Assembly (NCBI RefSeq): GCF_006345805.1
Contig: NC_043015.1
Span: forward strand, 33,604,001-33,668,000
Direction: 5' to 3'
Source of the DNA: Octopus sinensis
Taxonomy: Eukaryota
DNA length: 64,000 bases
Within the stretch, counting starts at the first letter, position 1. Every line of letters begins with the position of its first letter. This document shows, piece by piece, positions 14,753 through 28,023 of the stretch. The notes beneath the pieces are model-generated. The model did no database searches. It worked only from the letters and a program-made list of their open reading frames with translations, and was not told where the DNA came from. Both the position numbers and the translations under genes were made by a program.

Positions 14753-14895
14753 AGAGGAGGAGGAGGAGAGATGAGAAAAGGAGGAGGAGGATTTGAAAAA
14801 GAGGAGGAGAGACGAGAGAGAGGAGGAGAGACGTGAGGGAGGAGGAGAGACGTGAGGGAGGAGGAGAGATGTAAGGGAGGAGGAGAGATGAGTGA
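14753..14895. repeat. Purine-rich minisatellite, about 19-bp unit GAGGAGGAGAGACGTGAGG, about 5 clear copies
   Basis: Direct inspection. Confidence 0.85.
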
Positions 14896-15069
14896 GCTGG
14901 AAGTACCAGAATAGAAATCGCAAAGACCAATCCCCAATAAAGAATAGAGACCATTGCTGGTGTATTAGGAGAAAAACCAGAGAGAGAAGACAGGGTATGT
15001 TTTTCAGCAAGAGGTTGAAGCACAATGGCAACTGGTTTCAGGTCAATCAGTTGAAGGACTGTACTCTGA

Positions 15070-15482
15070 GTACAGTCTCGGTGGTTAAGAAGGTCACTTT
15101 GCAATTATATAGCTTTGGCTTCACTCCCACTGCACAGCACATTGTTTTCTACAATAGCCCCAGGCTGACCAGTGGCTTATGAGTGAAATTGGTAAACGGA
15201 AACTGTGTGGAAACCTGCTGTAAACACGTGTATGAGAGAGAGAGAGAGAGAGTGTGTGTGTGCATGTGTGTGTGTATGTTTTAGTGTTTGCTCTTCCTCC
15301 AGTGTTTGGCAATAACTAGTGCTAGTTGGTTTAGGCCCGAGGGACTTCCAAAGTCAACAAAAAGAGACCAATCGAATAAGTTACCAGACTTAAGGAATAA
15401 GTTCTGCAGTTAATTTGTTTGACCCAAACCCTTCAAAGTGGTGCTCCAGCATGGCCACAGTCCAATGAGTAAAAGATAAAAG
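15070..15482 (+). mobile_element. Diverged SINE family B copy
   Basis: Head and the tail ggtgctccagcatggccacagtc are recognisable. Confidence 0.8.
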
Positions 15483-15489
15483 GTAGAGA

Positions 15490-16384
15490 TGTAACAATAT
15501 TCTCATCAGAAATGCAAGAGAAGTAACCTGCTGTGGGTCTCACGTGAGCTTCGTAGCAGATTAATTGTTGACAAACTATTTTCTGATGTTGAAGAGGAGG
15601 GTCATGCTTTTTGATTGTTTTACTTTTTTTTTTCTTTTTTGTCTGGTAAGGAGCTGCAATTATCACAAGGGATCCTTAGTGATAACAGATCAAGCACTTG
15701 CAGCAACTGAAAAAATTCTAGTTGCATGCTATTCAGTAAATAATATTTTCTTAAAATATTTAGTGACAGTGTCTTTTGGTAATTAAGAGTGACGATATTA
15801 AACCGCGCAGAGTAAATACACATTTAGTGTCAGGTGTCCAGTTTGCATCACAGAACATTAGAGACAAATGAAATGTATTATTGTTTGCAGAGGTGTAAAT
15901 ACCGAAAATCAGCCAGCAGTTTGCTGCTTTATAGGAGAGTGAGTGTAGGGGACATAACCAAGCCTTGAAGTACACTGAAGTCGACAGAGTGTTGGTCAGT
16001 GTGCCAACAGTATACACTGCGGATTAGTAATCTGATGGGGACCCACTGATATAAAAGGTGAGAGATGGCTGGAGTAGCTACCTGGGTGGTTCTGCCAGAT
16101 TAGTTTGTTAAAAAGTTTCGTTGATCGCATAAAAAAATAATAGTTTAAAACACATGTTTCCGGAGCCCACAGGTGACTGATGATCTGGCTTTATGAAAGC
16201 CATACTAGTGCTCATTAAAGAGGGAGAGAGATTGAAGGTGGTAGAAGGAATTGTTGTTAATGACCATGTTCATCATATTGGAATTGATTCTGGAAGGGAG
16301 TATGGCAGGACAATGGTTGGATGTGACCAAAAGATTATTACTCTTGGGAATGGCACACACTATCTTGTGTATCCCAAGATTGGC

Positions 16385-16418
<34 letters not shown>

Positions 16419-16700
16419 GGGGGGGGAATTTGCTAAGGGTATGAACTACACCTAGTATACAATGAAAGGTAAACGGTCAAGATTAGGGGTTTGGCATATG
16501 TGCGCATGGTGGTGAGCCTGATGAAATAGAAAGGGATAGTCTAAGAGAAACTATGCACAATTTTTGTCAAGACTTGGTCAATTAGCTAGAACAGGTGCAC
16601 AACACAATTATCAATTGTGTAGCGAAGCTTAATCTGCCACAGAAGACGTAAGTCACAGTTGTTATATTGTAAACCTGATTAGAGTGTTAGAGCAGATATA
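15490..16700 (-). mobile_element. Highly decayed CR1/Jockey-like LINE reverse transcriptase relic
   Basis: Ordered degenerate motifs: H*YGFHKARS (QYGFR), VLQGLVMSPTL (GVPQGSVLSPTL), TSANNNT (YADD region), YEAHVRPTAGYFSCI (YKAxIRPxLEY). Confidence 0.55.
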
Positions 16701-19064
16701 CACTGAAACGGTGTTGTATGGATCAGCTGTTATTGTTTAACACCAGGTCAATCCTGGTTAAAGAGCCCCACAACATCAATTACATTTTAGCGCTTTTATA
16801 CATCCACCCTGACGTGTAATCTAGAATTACCTTGTCTGATGTGTTCTTCCTTAATACAGTAATGTGTGATTTAAGGGACATTTGGCGGCTGTACCGAGGA
16901 GAGCAGGCAACAAGAGAATTTTGCTCATTATTATCCTCACCAATTTCCAACAACAGTGTGAGAAATATGCACACCAACTGGGATATTAGTTAGAATATAC
17001 TAGTTAAGGATCACACGCCCGCCAGTAATTGTAAGTGTTCCTTAATCGAAGGTCAACTTTAATCAAGCACATCTATAATTAACTATATTCTAGCCGTAAC
17101 CAATCCATCTGTCTCAGACAGTACAGTGTGATCCCTTGGCAGCTTGTCCAGTCAGCGGTTGTGTTGCAGATCTGTATATTGGTATTGAACCACAGACCAG
17201 AGCGTTCCAATAATGATATAAAAACATTAAACGGTGGATATCAGGGGACATGTGGAAAATATTAAAAAATATTATATAACGAAACATTCGTACGACGACG
17301 CACATGCACACGCAAATCTAGATTATATATAGAGATTAAATTGTCAAAGAAGGTCAGACAGGATGATGCAAACAAGAAAATTTCAGCAAAATATCCAAGT
17401 GCAAAATATACGAAGAAATAATCACACCAATAAATAATCACAGATATAAAGTCGTAACACACACACAGTGAAGCTTATGGAAAGCAGCAACAGTTTAATG
17501 TAAAGGGAGATAAATGTCAAAAGAGCTCTAGAGTTATCTCCCTTGGCAGTAAGCAACTTTATCGATAAAGAATGATAGAAATTGATGGCAATGATAATGA
17601 TGTTTACAAATGCCGCTATTTTGTAGCGAGTATACAATGTGACCAGAGTTCTACGTTTGAAGCTGTATCACAATACATGACTGAACACCTTAGCTGTTAA
17701 CTACAAGATGTTAACGGCGCACAGAAGGCATAGAGGTAGGGAGAGACATAGGGAAGCAGGAACTATGAGAAAAAGAGAGTAACACGAATGATGAACAATA
17801 TTCGGAAGGTAAGAGGAAAGTAGGGAACGAGAGATAAGACGACAGAGGAGAAAACGAGAGAGAAGAAAAAAAGCTGTTCGTAAGTAGGTGTCTTAAGAAA
17901 TGTAATCTTTAATCAATCAATAAATCTATGTTCCTATACTCCTGCCACTCTAAATTGTCTCCAGCAGAACTATACTGTCCCTGTATTTCGATACACAGGC
18001 AAGGAAAGGGTTAAATGGATCAGGTATGAAATAACTTTGGTCTCCATTGTGACTTCCTATGTGACCACTCAGCATTACAGCAAGTGTTTAAGTGCAACTT
18101 AAACACCACCGCCAACACAACTCCTTTAACATATATACGCACTGGTGCAAATCTCCTCATAGATCAGGCCCAAGATGTGGTTGACACAGCTATGACACAC
18201 AAAGCTTGGTGATGCTTGGCATCTTCCTTGCCCAGTCGTTTGTGGTGCTTGCTACATCCAGACATGATCAAGCGGAGGGCGATAAAAATGCGAGTAGGAC
18301 AATAACAGTAAGCAATGATGTTAAAATACTTTTTTGAAATGTCAAACTACCAAAACCAAAAACCACATTAGGACTTTTTGTTCCATTGATGTTCAAATAA
18401 GAATAATCACCGTTAAAAGTCATTTAAATAAAAATAAATATTTTTCACATAATAAATTGGTTGATGATAAATATTTAATTCCTAATTCCATTAATTTATC
18501 AAATTTTAATATATTTCACCAATTTTACCTAATACAATTCAGAGACCTAAATTTGGTGTGAAGCAGACATATTTATGATATTACTTATAATAATTAAGTT
18601 TCAGTATTTGGTACAAAAATAAACATAGGATTTATTCTTTAATTGTTAGGCCAAGTGAAATGTAGTACTTAATAAGTACAAAGTTTAAATTGGCATATTT
18701 ATGCAATAAGTCCAAGAATAATCTTACTCTCAAAGGATGTTGCCATTTTTATTGAATTTCAATGAAAAATTATACCATTTCCACTTAATTTACATCGAAA
18801 ACATTTAATATAATTGTGCTTATTTAAATGACAGGAATATAGTTTATAAAATAAGTAAAAAGTACAAAGGAACAGGATATCAGTGCGCTGCTTTCAAATT
18901 TCGACTGGTTTTGATCCAGCTTCACCAAGGTGTTTTAAACAAATAGATTTTGGAAGATAATGGCATTGCACATGCTAAAAAATTTTCCAATTTTCAAATA
19001 TTTTGAAAATATGTATATTTACTAAATATAAGTATGAGTGAAAGGATAACTTCCACCACCCTCA

Positions 19065-19208
19065 CAGGGTGGTAGTGCTAAGCAGGAATGTGTATTAATA
19101 CAAGGTTATTCCAGTCCAAATATGCTTGGGGCATATTCATACCTGTGAGAAAGACATGGCATAAAAACACCTAAAATTACCAGAAAACACTTATTTTGCA
19201 TATTTACA
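19065..19208. repeat. Partial, internally deleted direct copy of 20199-20388 (flank plus MITE left arm)
   Basis: ggtagtgctaagcaggaatgt...ccagtccaaatatgcttgg...gtgagaaagacat and ataaaaacacctaaaat are shared. Confidence 0.9.
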
Positions 19209-19250
19209 ACAACAAAAGAAACAAAACCAAGAAGAAAAATATAAAATACT

Positions 19251-19463
19251 GATTTCAAGTTTTGGCACAAGGCCAGCAATTTCGGGGAGGGAGTAAGTCG
19301 ATTACATCGACCCAAGTATTCAACTGGTACTTATTTTATCAACCCAGAAAGGATGAAAGGTAAAGTCGACCTTGGCAGCACTTGAACTCAGAATGTAAAG
19401 ACAGACGAAATGCTGCTAAGCATTTTGCCTGGCATGCTAACGATTCTACCAACTCACTGCCTT
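19251..19463 (-). mobile_element. Full-length SINE family A, about 60 nt downstream of the exon donor
   Basis: Complete head-to-tail match to other copies. Confidence 0.9.
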
Positions 19464-19521
19464 AGGATAATATAAAATATTAGTAAAAGGTAAAAATTAA
19501 AAGAAAATTGTTAAAACTCAC

Positions 19522-19737
19522 ATGCTCTTTGGCATCGACATCGTCAATATCAAGAGATTTGTTGATAGATGCCGTGGCAACTGTTATGGCATTATTATGA
19601 CTACTTGCAGGAACTGCAACAGACTGGTCGGCATTGTTGACTGGTGGCGTAGCTGTGCGATGGTTGCCACTTTGGTTATTTTCAGCCAACTCCGGTGGGG
19701 GAGGTGGAAGTTCCTCTTCAGTTGGGGATAGAGTTTT
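19522..19737 (-). CDS. dlg1: Probable downstream dlg1 exon, proline-rich linker KTLSPTEEELPPPPPELAENNQ...LDIDDVDAKEH (72 aa)
   Basis: 216-nt open frame with acceptor ttgttgtttgtacag|AAA and donor CAT|gtgagt. Phase 0-0 fits the phase-0 end of the L27 exon; GC-richer and non-repetitive. Assignment to dlg1 is inferred from strand and phase, not homology. Confidence 0.75.
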
Positions 19738-20244
19738 CTGTACAAACAACAACAATAAAACAACATTAAATAAAAGGCAGAAAATGTGGCATTGAGATAT
19801 TCACTCAAATAATTAGTTAATTCCTTCATCATTAAATTAATTACTAATTAAAATTTTTTATGTTGAATGATAATATTATTTACATAAATTTTCATAGGCG
19901 TTAGTTATTAAGTTTCTGGGCTAAAAGATGATTTGTTGTATAGAGTATTTTGTTGTGGTCACTATAGCAACATTCTTAACTGAAAAGCAGTACCAATGAG
20001 AATCTTCAGGATTCAGATTGCTGCCCCTTACTGGCACCCTGACACTGCTCAACCAGTGGACAGTTCTAAGACAAGACCCAATTATCTAACAACAACTCTA
20101 TATTCCACTAAAACATTACTTCATAACAAAATATTAACATATCAGTTGTAACCTCACTTGTACCACGCTGAAAATATTCGGGGAACCGGTAAGAGTTGCA
20201 GGATGGTAGTGCTAAGCAGGAATGTATATTAATACACGGTTATT

Positions 20245-20481
20245 CCAGTCCAAATATGCTTGGTGCATATTCAAATCTGTGAGAAAGACATTCACTGTTC
20301 ATTTTTTCTTGGAGAAAATTTCTCACTATAGACAAAAGGTATAAAAACACCTAAAATCACCACAAAACACCTATTTTATATATTTACACCATTTGCATAC
20401 AGCAAGAAATTTTCTCCATGACAAAATACAGTGAATGGCTTTCTAACGGGTTCAAATATGTTCCGAGCATATTTGAACTGG
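20245..20481. mobile_element. MITE-like element with about 80-bp imperfect terminal inverted repeats (CCAGTCCAAATATGC... / ...GCATATTTGAACTGG)
   Basis: The ends are reverse complements over about 80 nt; no clear TSD, superfamily unassigned. Confidence 0.75.
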
Positions 20482-21460
20482 TAGGAATATGAAGGACACA
20501 ACTGTTGTGTGTGTGTGTGGGGGGGGATAGAGATAAGGGGCTACTAGATTAATAATAAACATTTATCTTGTTAAGTGGATCTTCAAGTGGAAAGATAATT
20601 AGGGGTAGTTGTAATATACAGTTTGTATATTTCAGACAAACAATTCCATAATATTTACTGATAGACATGTCTCAGTATTATAAAAATGTCTTGAAATATC
20701 TTTGTACAGTATCTATGTCAGGTTACTCTCATGTGCTACTGGTAACACGTAACCCAATGCACTGCTTGTTGGGTCTTTGGGTCATTGGTGACTAAAGTGA
20801 CAACCCACACCAACCTTACTTGGTAAGGAGGGTGATTATTGAATGCCACCCAGCAGAATAAGAAGCAAAATCCAACGAAGGGCAGAAGGACTCAGTAGAG
20901 TCAACAGCCATCTGATATTGTGTAGGAAATGGAAATGGAAGTGAAGTGGGGGTGACTAGCTCATACACAGAAAGGTCAATGGAATGAAAGAAAGTTACAA
21001 GGGCGAGATGGTGACTCAGAAAAAAAATCACCCATATGAAGGTCTCGCAAGTCACATTCTTGTATTCAGTTACTGAAATGATAGCACAACAAATCAAACA
21101 GCAGAGTCATGTTTGGAAGTCGACTGTACTGTGAATCCTGACCAATTATTGTTCAACCATGTCAAAGGATGAGGACGAATGATTCCACTTCAGTAAGGCA
21201 ATATGCTTACTTTGGCACATGTTGTGGACCTTGTAAGGAAACAGTGTATATGCATGAATATAGAATCTCTGTACGGCTGGCACTCCATTTACCATTAACA
21301 TGGTTGAGAATACAATGTAGGTTGTTAATCTTTGATGCAGCACATTTGCTCATTTATAAGAAAAATAGAAGAAAGAAAATCAAAAACCAACCAAAATTTT
21401 TTTTTAAATCTGTTAAATGAAAGACTTACACATGTACTTACACACATACACATACGTACA

Positions 21461-21491
<31 letters not shown>

Positions 21492-22845
21492 ATTGTAGGA
21501 TGGGAATAAAAGGGTTGGCATCATGAAGGGCATCCAACTGTCTAAAAAGTCCTATCCAATCCATGCCAGCATAGAAATAAAGGCACAAAACTGCTGTTGA
21601 TGAAAAACCATAGGATTACCTTAGTGCAGAGGGTATATTTGCTGATCTGGAAATTAAGTTTGATTCTCAATTGCAGCAATTCCACCTATGCTTTGAATGC
21701 CCACAGGAAAGGGATAGTCACCTCCAATTCCATTCCCTAAAACCTCTCTGAGATCAATGGGGCTGTCCATCAATTGATGGACACTTCTGATCACAAAAGG
21801 TCAAGTAACTGACTATAATACTTGTGTATATGAAGGGGTTAGGTAAGGATCATATATATATATATATATATATTGTTTCATGTATATAGTTTTATACATC
21901 TAAAACGGGTATATACATACTTATATATGTATGTATATAGCAACTTCAAGACTTATTGCCAGACAGATTCACACAAAGACATTCAATAGAACGGTAATAA
22001 GTGGTCTGCCAGGTACCCAATGCCATTAAAGGTTACTTTTGGAGGGCAGGAAACTTGGAAACACTTTGATAAAAGCATGGAAATTTGAAGTGAATAACAG
22101 ACTTTTCCACAGACATACACACACACACCACCAACATTATCAACAGCAGTTACACATAAGCATATACATACCACACACAATACACAATCATGAGTTAGTC
22201 ATAAACACATGCTTACACATATATAGAATAGGGTTCCCTGCCATACGCATACATGCTTCCAGCAACATACACAAACATACATACCAACACTATAGAGAGA
22301 CTTGCTCTCCCTGACTTTCTTCTCTCTCTCTTTCACACACACACACAAACACACATCTTCCACCTTTAAATAACAAAAACAAAATTTTTTAGCAGACACT
22401 GTTAATCTATCACCATCTCTCTCTCCCTCAGCTATGGCCCACGATGGGATAGAGTGACCTACATATTCTATGTCAAGGGTAAGAGCTCACATTGAACTGG
22501 CAGAATGAATGTGATGAGATACATATAACTGATTATTACAGTCTGGTAAAAGAGTCAATCAAATCCCAAGAATCTAACCTGAAGGAAATGTTGTAATAAC
22601 ACTACTGAATGTAATAACCACTTAGTGAATGCAGTAATGACAACTAATGATTAAAGAAAAACTGACCTCAATCCATGTGAAATTATCATTATACACATTC
22701 CAGTCCCTTATATCTGTTGATGTGGTAATATATTTAGTCAAGGACTCTGGGTGTTGGGAGAAGCAAACTGCAGGATTTGAAGCTAATTTGGACAAATGTA
22801 AACACTGCACTCATCCACATTTCATAATTTTAATATGAAATATAA

Positions 22846-23225
22846 AGGCACAAGTGCAACTGTGTGGGAAGAAGCTTGCTTTCCAATCACATGGTTCCAG
22901 GTTCAGTCCCACTGCATGGCACTTTGTGACTGGATTTGGTAGACTCAGACTGAAAGAAGCTTGTCATATATGTGTGTGTGTGTGTGTGTGTGTGAGTGTC
23001 TGTCCCCCACCACTGCTTGACAGCCAGTACTGCTATGTTTACATCCCTGTAACTTAACAGTTCAGCAAAAAGTGATGGATTTCTATCCACCAAATTTTGC
23101 CGAACTGTTAAGTACCAAACTTAACAGAAAATAAGTACTGAGGTCAATTCATTGAACTAAGAAGTTCCTCAAGGTAGTGCCCCAGCATGGCCATAGTCTA
23201 ATGACTGAAATAGGTAGAAAATAGA
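22846..23225 (+). mobile_element. SINE family B
   Basis: Head, (TG)n and tail present; internal deletion. Confidence 0.85.
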
Positions 23226-24085
23226 TTACAAATTTATGAGTTTACACATGAGTAAATATATATTGACAAAATAAGAAGAAAATGCTTGGAGAATTTTATC
23301 ATGGAAAACAGAAAGACAATATGTATATTTTTAACTAAACAATTACCTGTTTCTGTCAATTAGGATGACCATATTTAAGCCTGAATAAAATGGAAAAAAA
23401 AAAATAGAGAAAAAAAACTGAAATAAATTCAATTGAACATTCACAATATCAGTTCTGGAAGTTCATATATTTTCCTCAGAAAGATCACACTGTGCTATAT
23501 TTTCTGTCCTGATCGTTGTTTGAGGGTAGCCATGGCTGCAACTAGCAACAACCAGAACAACTGATATTATGAAATTTATTTCAATTTTTTTTTTTCATTT
23601 TTTTCCATTTTATTGCAGCATGAAGATGTCATCTTAAATGACAGAAACCGGTAGCTGCTTGGTTAAAAATACACATATTGCTTTTTTGTTTTCTATGATA
23701 AAGTTCTCTAAGCATATTCTTTTTCTTATGATGGCAGTTAGGGGAGTCACATCTCACTAAAGTCAACTTTGCCTTTTTTATCTTTTGGAAGTCAATAAAA
23801 AAAGAAAATAACTGACAGTGGAGTGGATTGGCAAAAGACTGGATCAGATGCCTAGTGGAAGTTCTAAATTGGCAGACTTAAAACATACCCCCAGTTTAAC
23901 ATTACAACTGATCCTCTTGTGGAGTGCTTTTAGTAAGAGACCCATCCCCATGCCCATTGTTACAAGCAACCAGACAGGGCACTTGTTTGAGGATAACTTC
24001 CTCTCCCAATAGTTCTGGATGCTCTGAAAAGAAATAAATGGTCATGGGTATTACACTTCTTTCTTTTCCAGCGTGATATACATAT

Positions 24086-24382
24086 ATCTTTTACGTGTTA
24101 CTGTCATTTGACTGTGGCCATGTTGGGGCACTGCCTTGAAGGGTTTTTCAGTGGAATAAATCAACCCCAGGATAGGAATGTAAACAGATACAAAAACACC
24201 CCCACACAATATATATGACAGGCTTCTTTCAGTTTCCATCCACCAAATCCACTCACAAGGTTTTGGTCAGCCTGATGCTGTAGCAGGAGACACTTGCCCA
24301 ATGTGCCACACAGTGGGACTGAACCAAGAACTATACAGTTGGGAAGGAAGCAAGCTTCTTACCACACAGCCATACCTGCACC
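24086..24382 (-). mobile_element. SINE family B
   Basis: Reverse-complement head and tail; internal deletion. Confidence 0.85.
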
Positions 24383-25165
24383 TATATCAATAAATACCCC
24401 CCCCACACACACACACACGTTTATAATGGATATGATACAACACAACACTAGAGCACTCCAGGCTAATGCACATAATACAACACCCCCAACTCACATCATC
24501 ACACTACCACAATGCTGCTAGAAAGTCAAACAATCCAAGAATTCTGTGATCAATGTAAACTTTGGGAAAATGTTGAGGAAAGCAATAGAAATGGTAGAAA
24601 ATACTGCAGAGCTGTGTCACAACTATAATTACTGGCATCACAATTGTAATTATAAGATTCTATTTGATTTAGCAGGAACTACTGAGACTTTGGTAATTCA
24701 TACTGTGATCATCACAATGCATGAGAAAAACCTGCTTGCATAGAATGCTATGTAATTAATAAACTAATGTGCAGCTATTTCAGAAACATCCACATACAAT
24801 CAAATTTCACTCTCAACAATACTTCCAGCCTCCTCTCTCTCTCTCTCTCCTTCCAACATTGGAATACACAACCACACTCATGCTCACACATATCTATCAG
24901 ACTAACTGTATAAACATCCTCAAGTGTATACAAATCTATGAATCTGATTATACACATATAAGTCTATATACAGAATATATCTATCCATCCAATTATACAA
25001 GTACAAGTTTATACACACACAGACACACAACCATGTGTATCTATCAGTCCAATTTCTTATACACACTAAAGTTTACACATACAAACATATCAAGCTGACT
25101 ATAGACACATTAATCTCTCTCTTTCTCTCTCTACCCACACATTTTTTTTTTATTAGGTACAATAG

Positions 25166-25915
25166 ATGCAGGTGTGGTTCTGTGGTAAGAAGTTCTTTTT
25201 CCAATTACATGGTTCTAGGTTCACTCCCACTGTGTGGCACCCTGGGCAAGTGTCTTCTATTATAGCCCTAGGCCAACCAAAACCTTGTGAGTGGGTTTAG
25301 TAGATGGAAACTGAAAGAAGCTTATTGTGTGTGTGTATATATTCTTTTAGTCTTTTACTTGTTTTGGTAGTTTGACTGTGGCCATGCTGAAGCACCGCCT
25401 CAAAGGGTTTATTTTTAGTCAAAGAAATCAACCCAAAGAATTATTCTTTGTAAGCCTAGTACTTACTGTATCAATCTCTTTTGCCAAACCACTCAGTTAT
25501 GGGGACTTAAACACACCAACATCAGTTGTCAAGCAATGGCGGGGGAACAAACACAGACACAAAGACACACACATACATAAATATATAAGTATGATGGGCT
25601 TCTTTCGGTTTCCGTCTACAAAATCCACTCACAAGACTTTGACCAACTTGCGGCTACAGTAGAAGACATTCCCCCCAAGGTGCCACACTGTGGGACTGAA
25701 CCCAGGGTCATGTAGCTGGGAGGCAAGCTTCTTAACATACCTATGTTTGTCCCGCACCACCACTTGACAACCAGTACAGCAAAAGAGACTGATTAAATAA
25801 GTACTAGGCTTTAAAACAATTAATAAAGACTTAGGTTGATAAGTTTGACTAAAACTCTTCAAAGCAGTGCCCCAGCATGGCCACAGTCTAATGACTGAAA
25901 CAAGTAAGAGATAAA
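25166..25915. mobile_element. Nested SINE B: a + copy (25166-25340 and 25743-25915) interrupted by a - copy (about 25341-25742)
   Basis: The + copy stops in its internal microsatellite and resumes at tgtttgtccc after a complete inverted copy. Confidence 0.8.
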
Positions 25916-26109
25916 AGGGAAAAGATAATCCATAAAAACAGTCTAACATTTATTAAAGGAACACCACATACATTTAAGTAGAGCATCAAATTATTTTAAC
26001 GAGGAAAACAATGACAGTTAATTCAGAGTTTAACAGTCTTAAGAAGCCAAAATTAGCAAAACTTCAAAGTCACGGTCAATATTTTCTTTAAATACACATT
26101 GATGCAATG

Positions 26110-26927
26110 AAGAAGTGCACTTACCAACCATGAGGGTTTGGCTTAAATTGCACTGCATGGCATGGGAAAGTGTCTTCTAATACAGACCCGAGCCAACCGA
26201 AACCTTGAATAGATATAACAGATGGAAACTAAAACAAGCCCATTGTGTATGTGTTTAGTGTTTGATACACACACGGAGGATAACTGGACTCAGAGGGTAC
26301 AGATCAACTCAGAGCTATAGTAGAAGACACGCAGCCAAAGTGATGCAGATAAGGAATGAACCAATAACTATGTGATTGTCAAAAACAAAAAAGATGCCTC
26401 ACCACATAGCCATGCCCTAACCACACAACATGAATATACCCCCCCCCCATCAACTTACATGTCATACAATCTACTATTTCTTTCATGTCTGCTCATTCTC
26501 TCTCTCTCTCTGATGCACACACAACACACACACACACACACACACATATGGGTGCAAACTTGGGGGTGGTAAGAGGTTTGCTTCCCAACCAAATGGTTCT
26601 AAGTTCAGTCCCATTTCATGGCACCTTGAGCAAGCACCTTCTACTATACCCTCAGGCCAACCAAAGCTGTGTAAGTGGATTTGGTAGATACATTCAATCA
26701 AATGGGTGGATACATGTTTGTGTGTGTGTGTGTGTGTATATGTGCATGCGTGTGTCCGTATAGGTAGCAGTATGGTAAGAAATTTGCTTCCCAGCTACAC
26801 GGTTCTGGATTCAGTTCCACTGCATGGCACCTTGGGCAAGTGTCTTTTACTATGGCTCCAGGCTGACAAAAACCTCATGAGTAGATTTGGTAGATGGAAA
26901 CTGAAAGAAGCCAGTTGTGTGTCCGTG

Positions 26928-26958
<31 letters not shown>

Positions 26959-27180
26959 CCATGTGTGTGTCTTTATATCTGTGTTTGTCCTCCCATCACA
27001 GCTTGATAACTGGTGTGGGTGTGTTTACGAGGGCCTGTAACTTAGTGGTTTGGCAAAAGGGTCTGATAAAATAAGTTCTAGGCTTTAAAAATAAGTCTTG
27101 GGGTCGATTTGCTTGACTAAAACCCTTCAAGTCAGTGCTCCAGCATGGCCATAGTCAAATGGCTGAAACAAGTAAAAGAA
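26110..27180. mobile_element. Cluster of SINE B copies: partial +, partial -, partial +, then full + at 26760-27180
   Basis: Repeated head motifs and one complete tail. Confidence 0.8.
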
Positions 27181-27189
27181 TATGACTAT

Positions 27190-28023
27190 GATATAGCAGA
27201 ACACATTATCAGTCCCAAAACAGTTGTCAAGTAGCTCCACAAACTTGGTTACTCTGGCAGAGCAGCAAGAAGCAAGCCACTTCTTTGACCAGTCAATGTC
27301 AAGTGGAGAAAAGATTGGGCCAGTGAGATGGTGGAGAGGCCACTAGCATTTTGGGACATTGTCATTTTCTCCAATGAGTCCAGATTTGTTATATTTCCTG
27401 ACAGTAGTAGAGTGTGGGTCTCGAGACTCCATGATCAAGAATTTGATGTGAAAAGATTGCAGCCAACAATGAAACACAGCAGTTATTCTGTGATGGTCTG
27501 GGGAATGATTCAGAGCAATGGTCAATCAGAGCAGGTGGAGTGTGAGAGAAACATAAACTCAGATAAATGTACATCCATATTGCAGAAAGAACTCCTTCCA
27601 ATCTTCTCCAGTGGTGAAATGATTAAAGAAGTCTTTATTTATGAAGATGGGGCTCCATGTCACATGGTTAAAATGGCCCAGATTTGTTGGATGAGAATGG
27701 CATTAAAAAGATTCCATGGCCAAACCAGTCACCAGATATGAACCCTATTGATCATCTCTGGGACATAATGGACAGGACATTTCATAAAAGAACAAGAAAG
27801 CATCTTCAAAGCCAGCTCTTTTGAGATTACAGCTTGAAACTTGGCAAGAAACACCTCAAGGGAACATTTGCCATCTGATCAGTAACATCCCTAACAGGGT
27901 TCTTGCATTGAAAAATGCAAGGTTCACATTATAACAATTAATAAATAATCTGAATGTATAATTTCAGATTTAAATAAATTTTAACAATTATAAGGGCGTC
28001 TATTTAATTCTGTCATGTCTGTG
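27190..28023 (+). mobile_element. Tc1-family DNA transposon relic (DD34E-type transposase pseudogene), 5' truncated, right TIR apparently retained
   Basis: GYSGRAARSKPLL, WDIVIFSNESRF, PTMKH..SVMVWG, EDGAPCH, WPNQSPDMNPIDHLW, with stops and frameshifts. Ends ggcgtctatttaattctgtcatgtctgtg followed by TA. Confidence 0.9.

Noticed and set aside
14645-15104. Ser/Leu/Pro-rich ORFs of about 128 aa
   Set aside because: Produced by the GA-rich minisatellite; no splice-site or homology support.
18212-18310. Plus-strand short ORF MLGIFLAQSFVVLATSRHDQ... ending at a gtaagc donor, resembling a signal peptide exon
   Set aside because: Very short, no downstream partner exon found, no recognisable homology.
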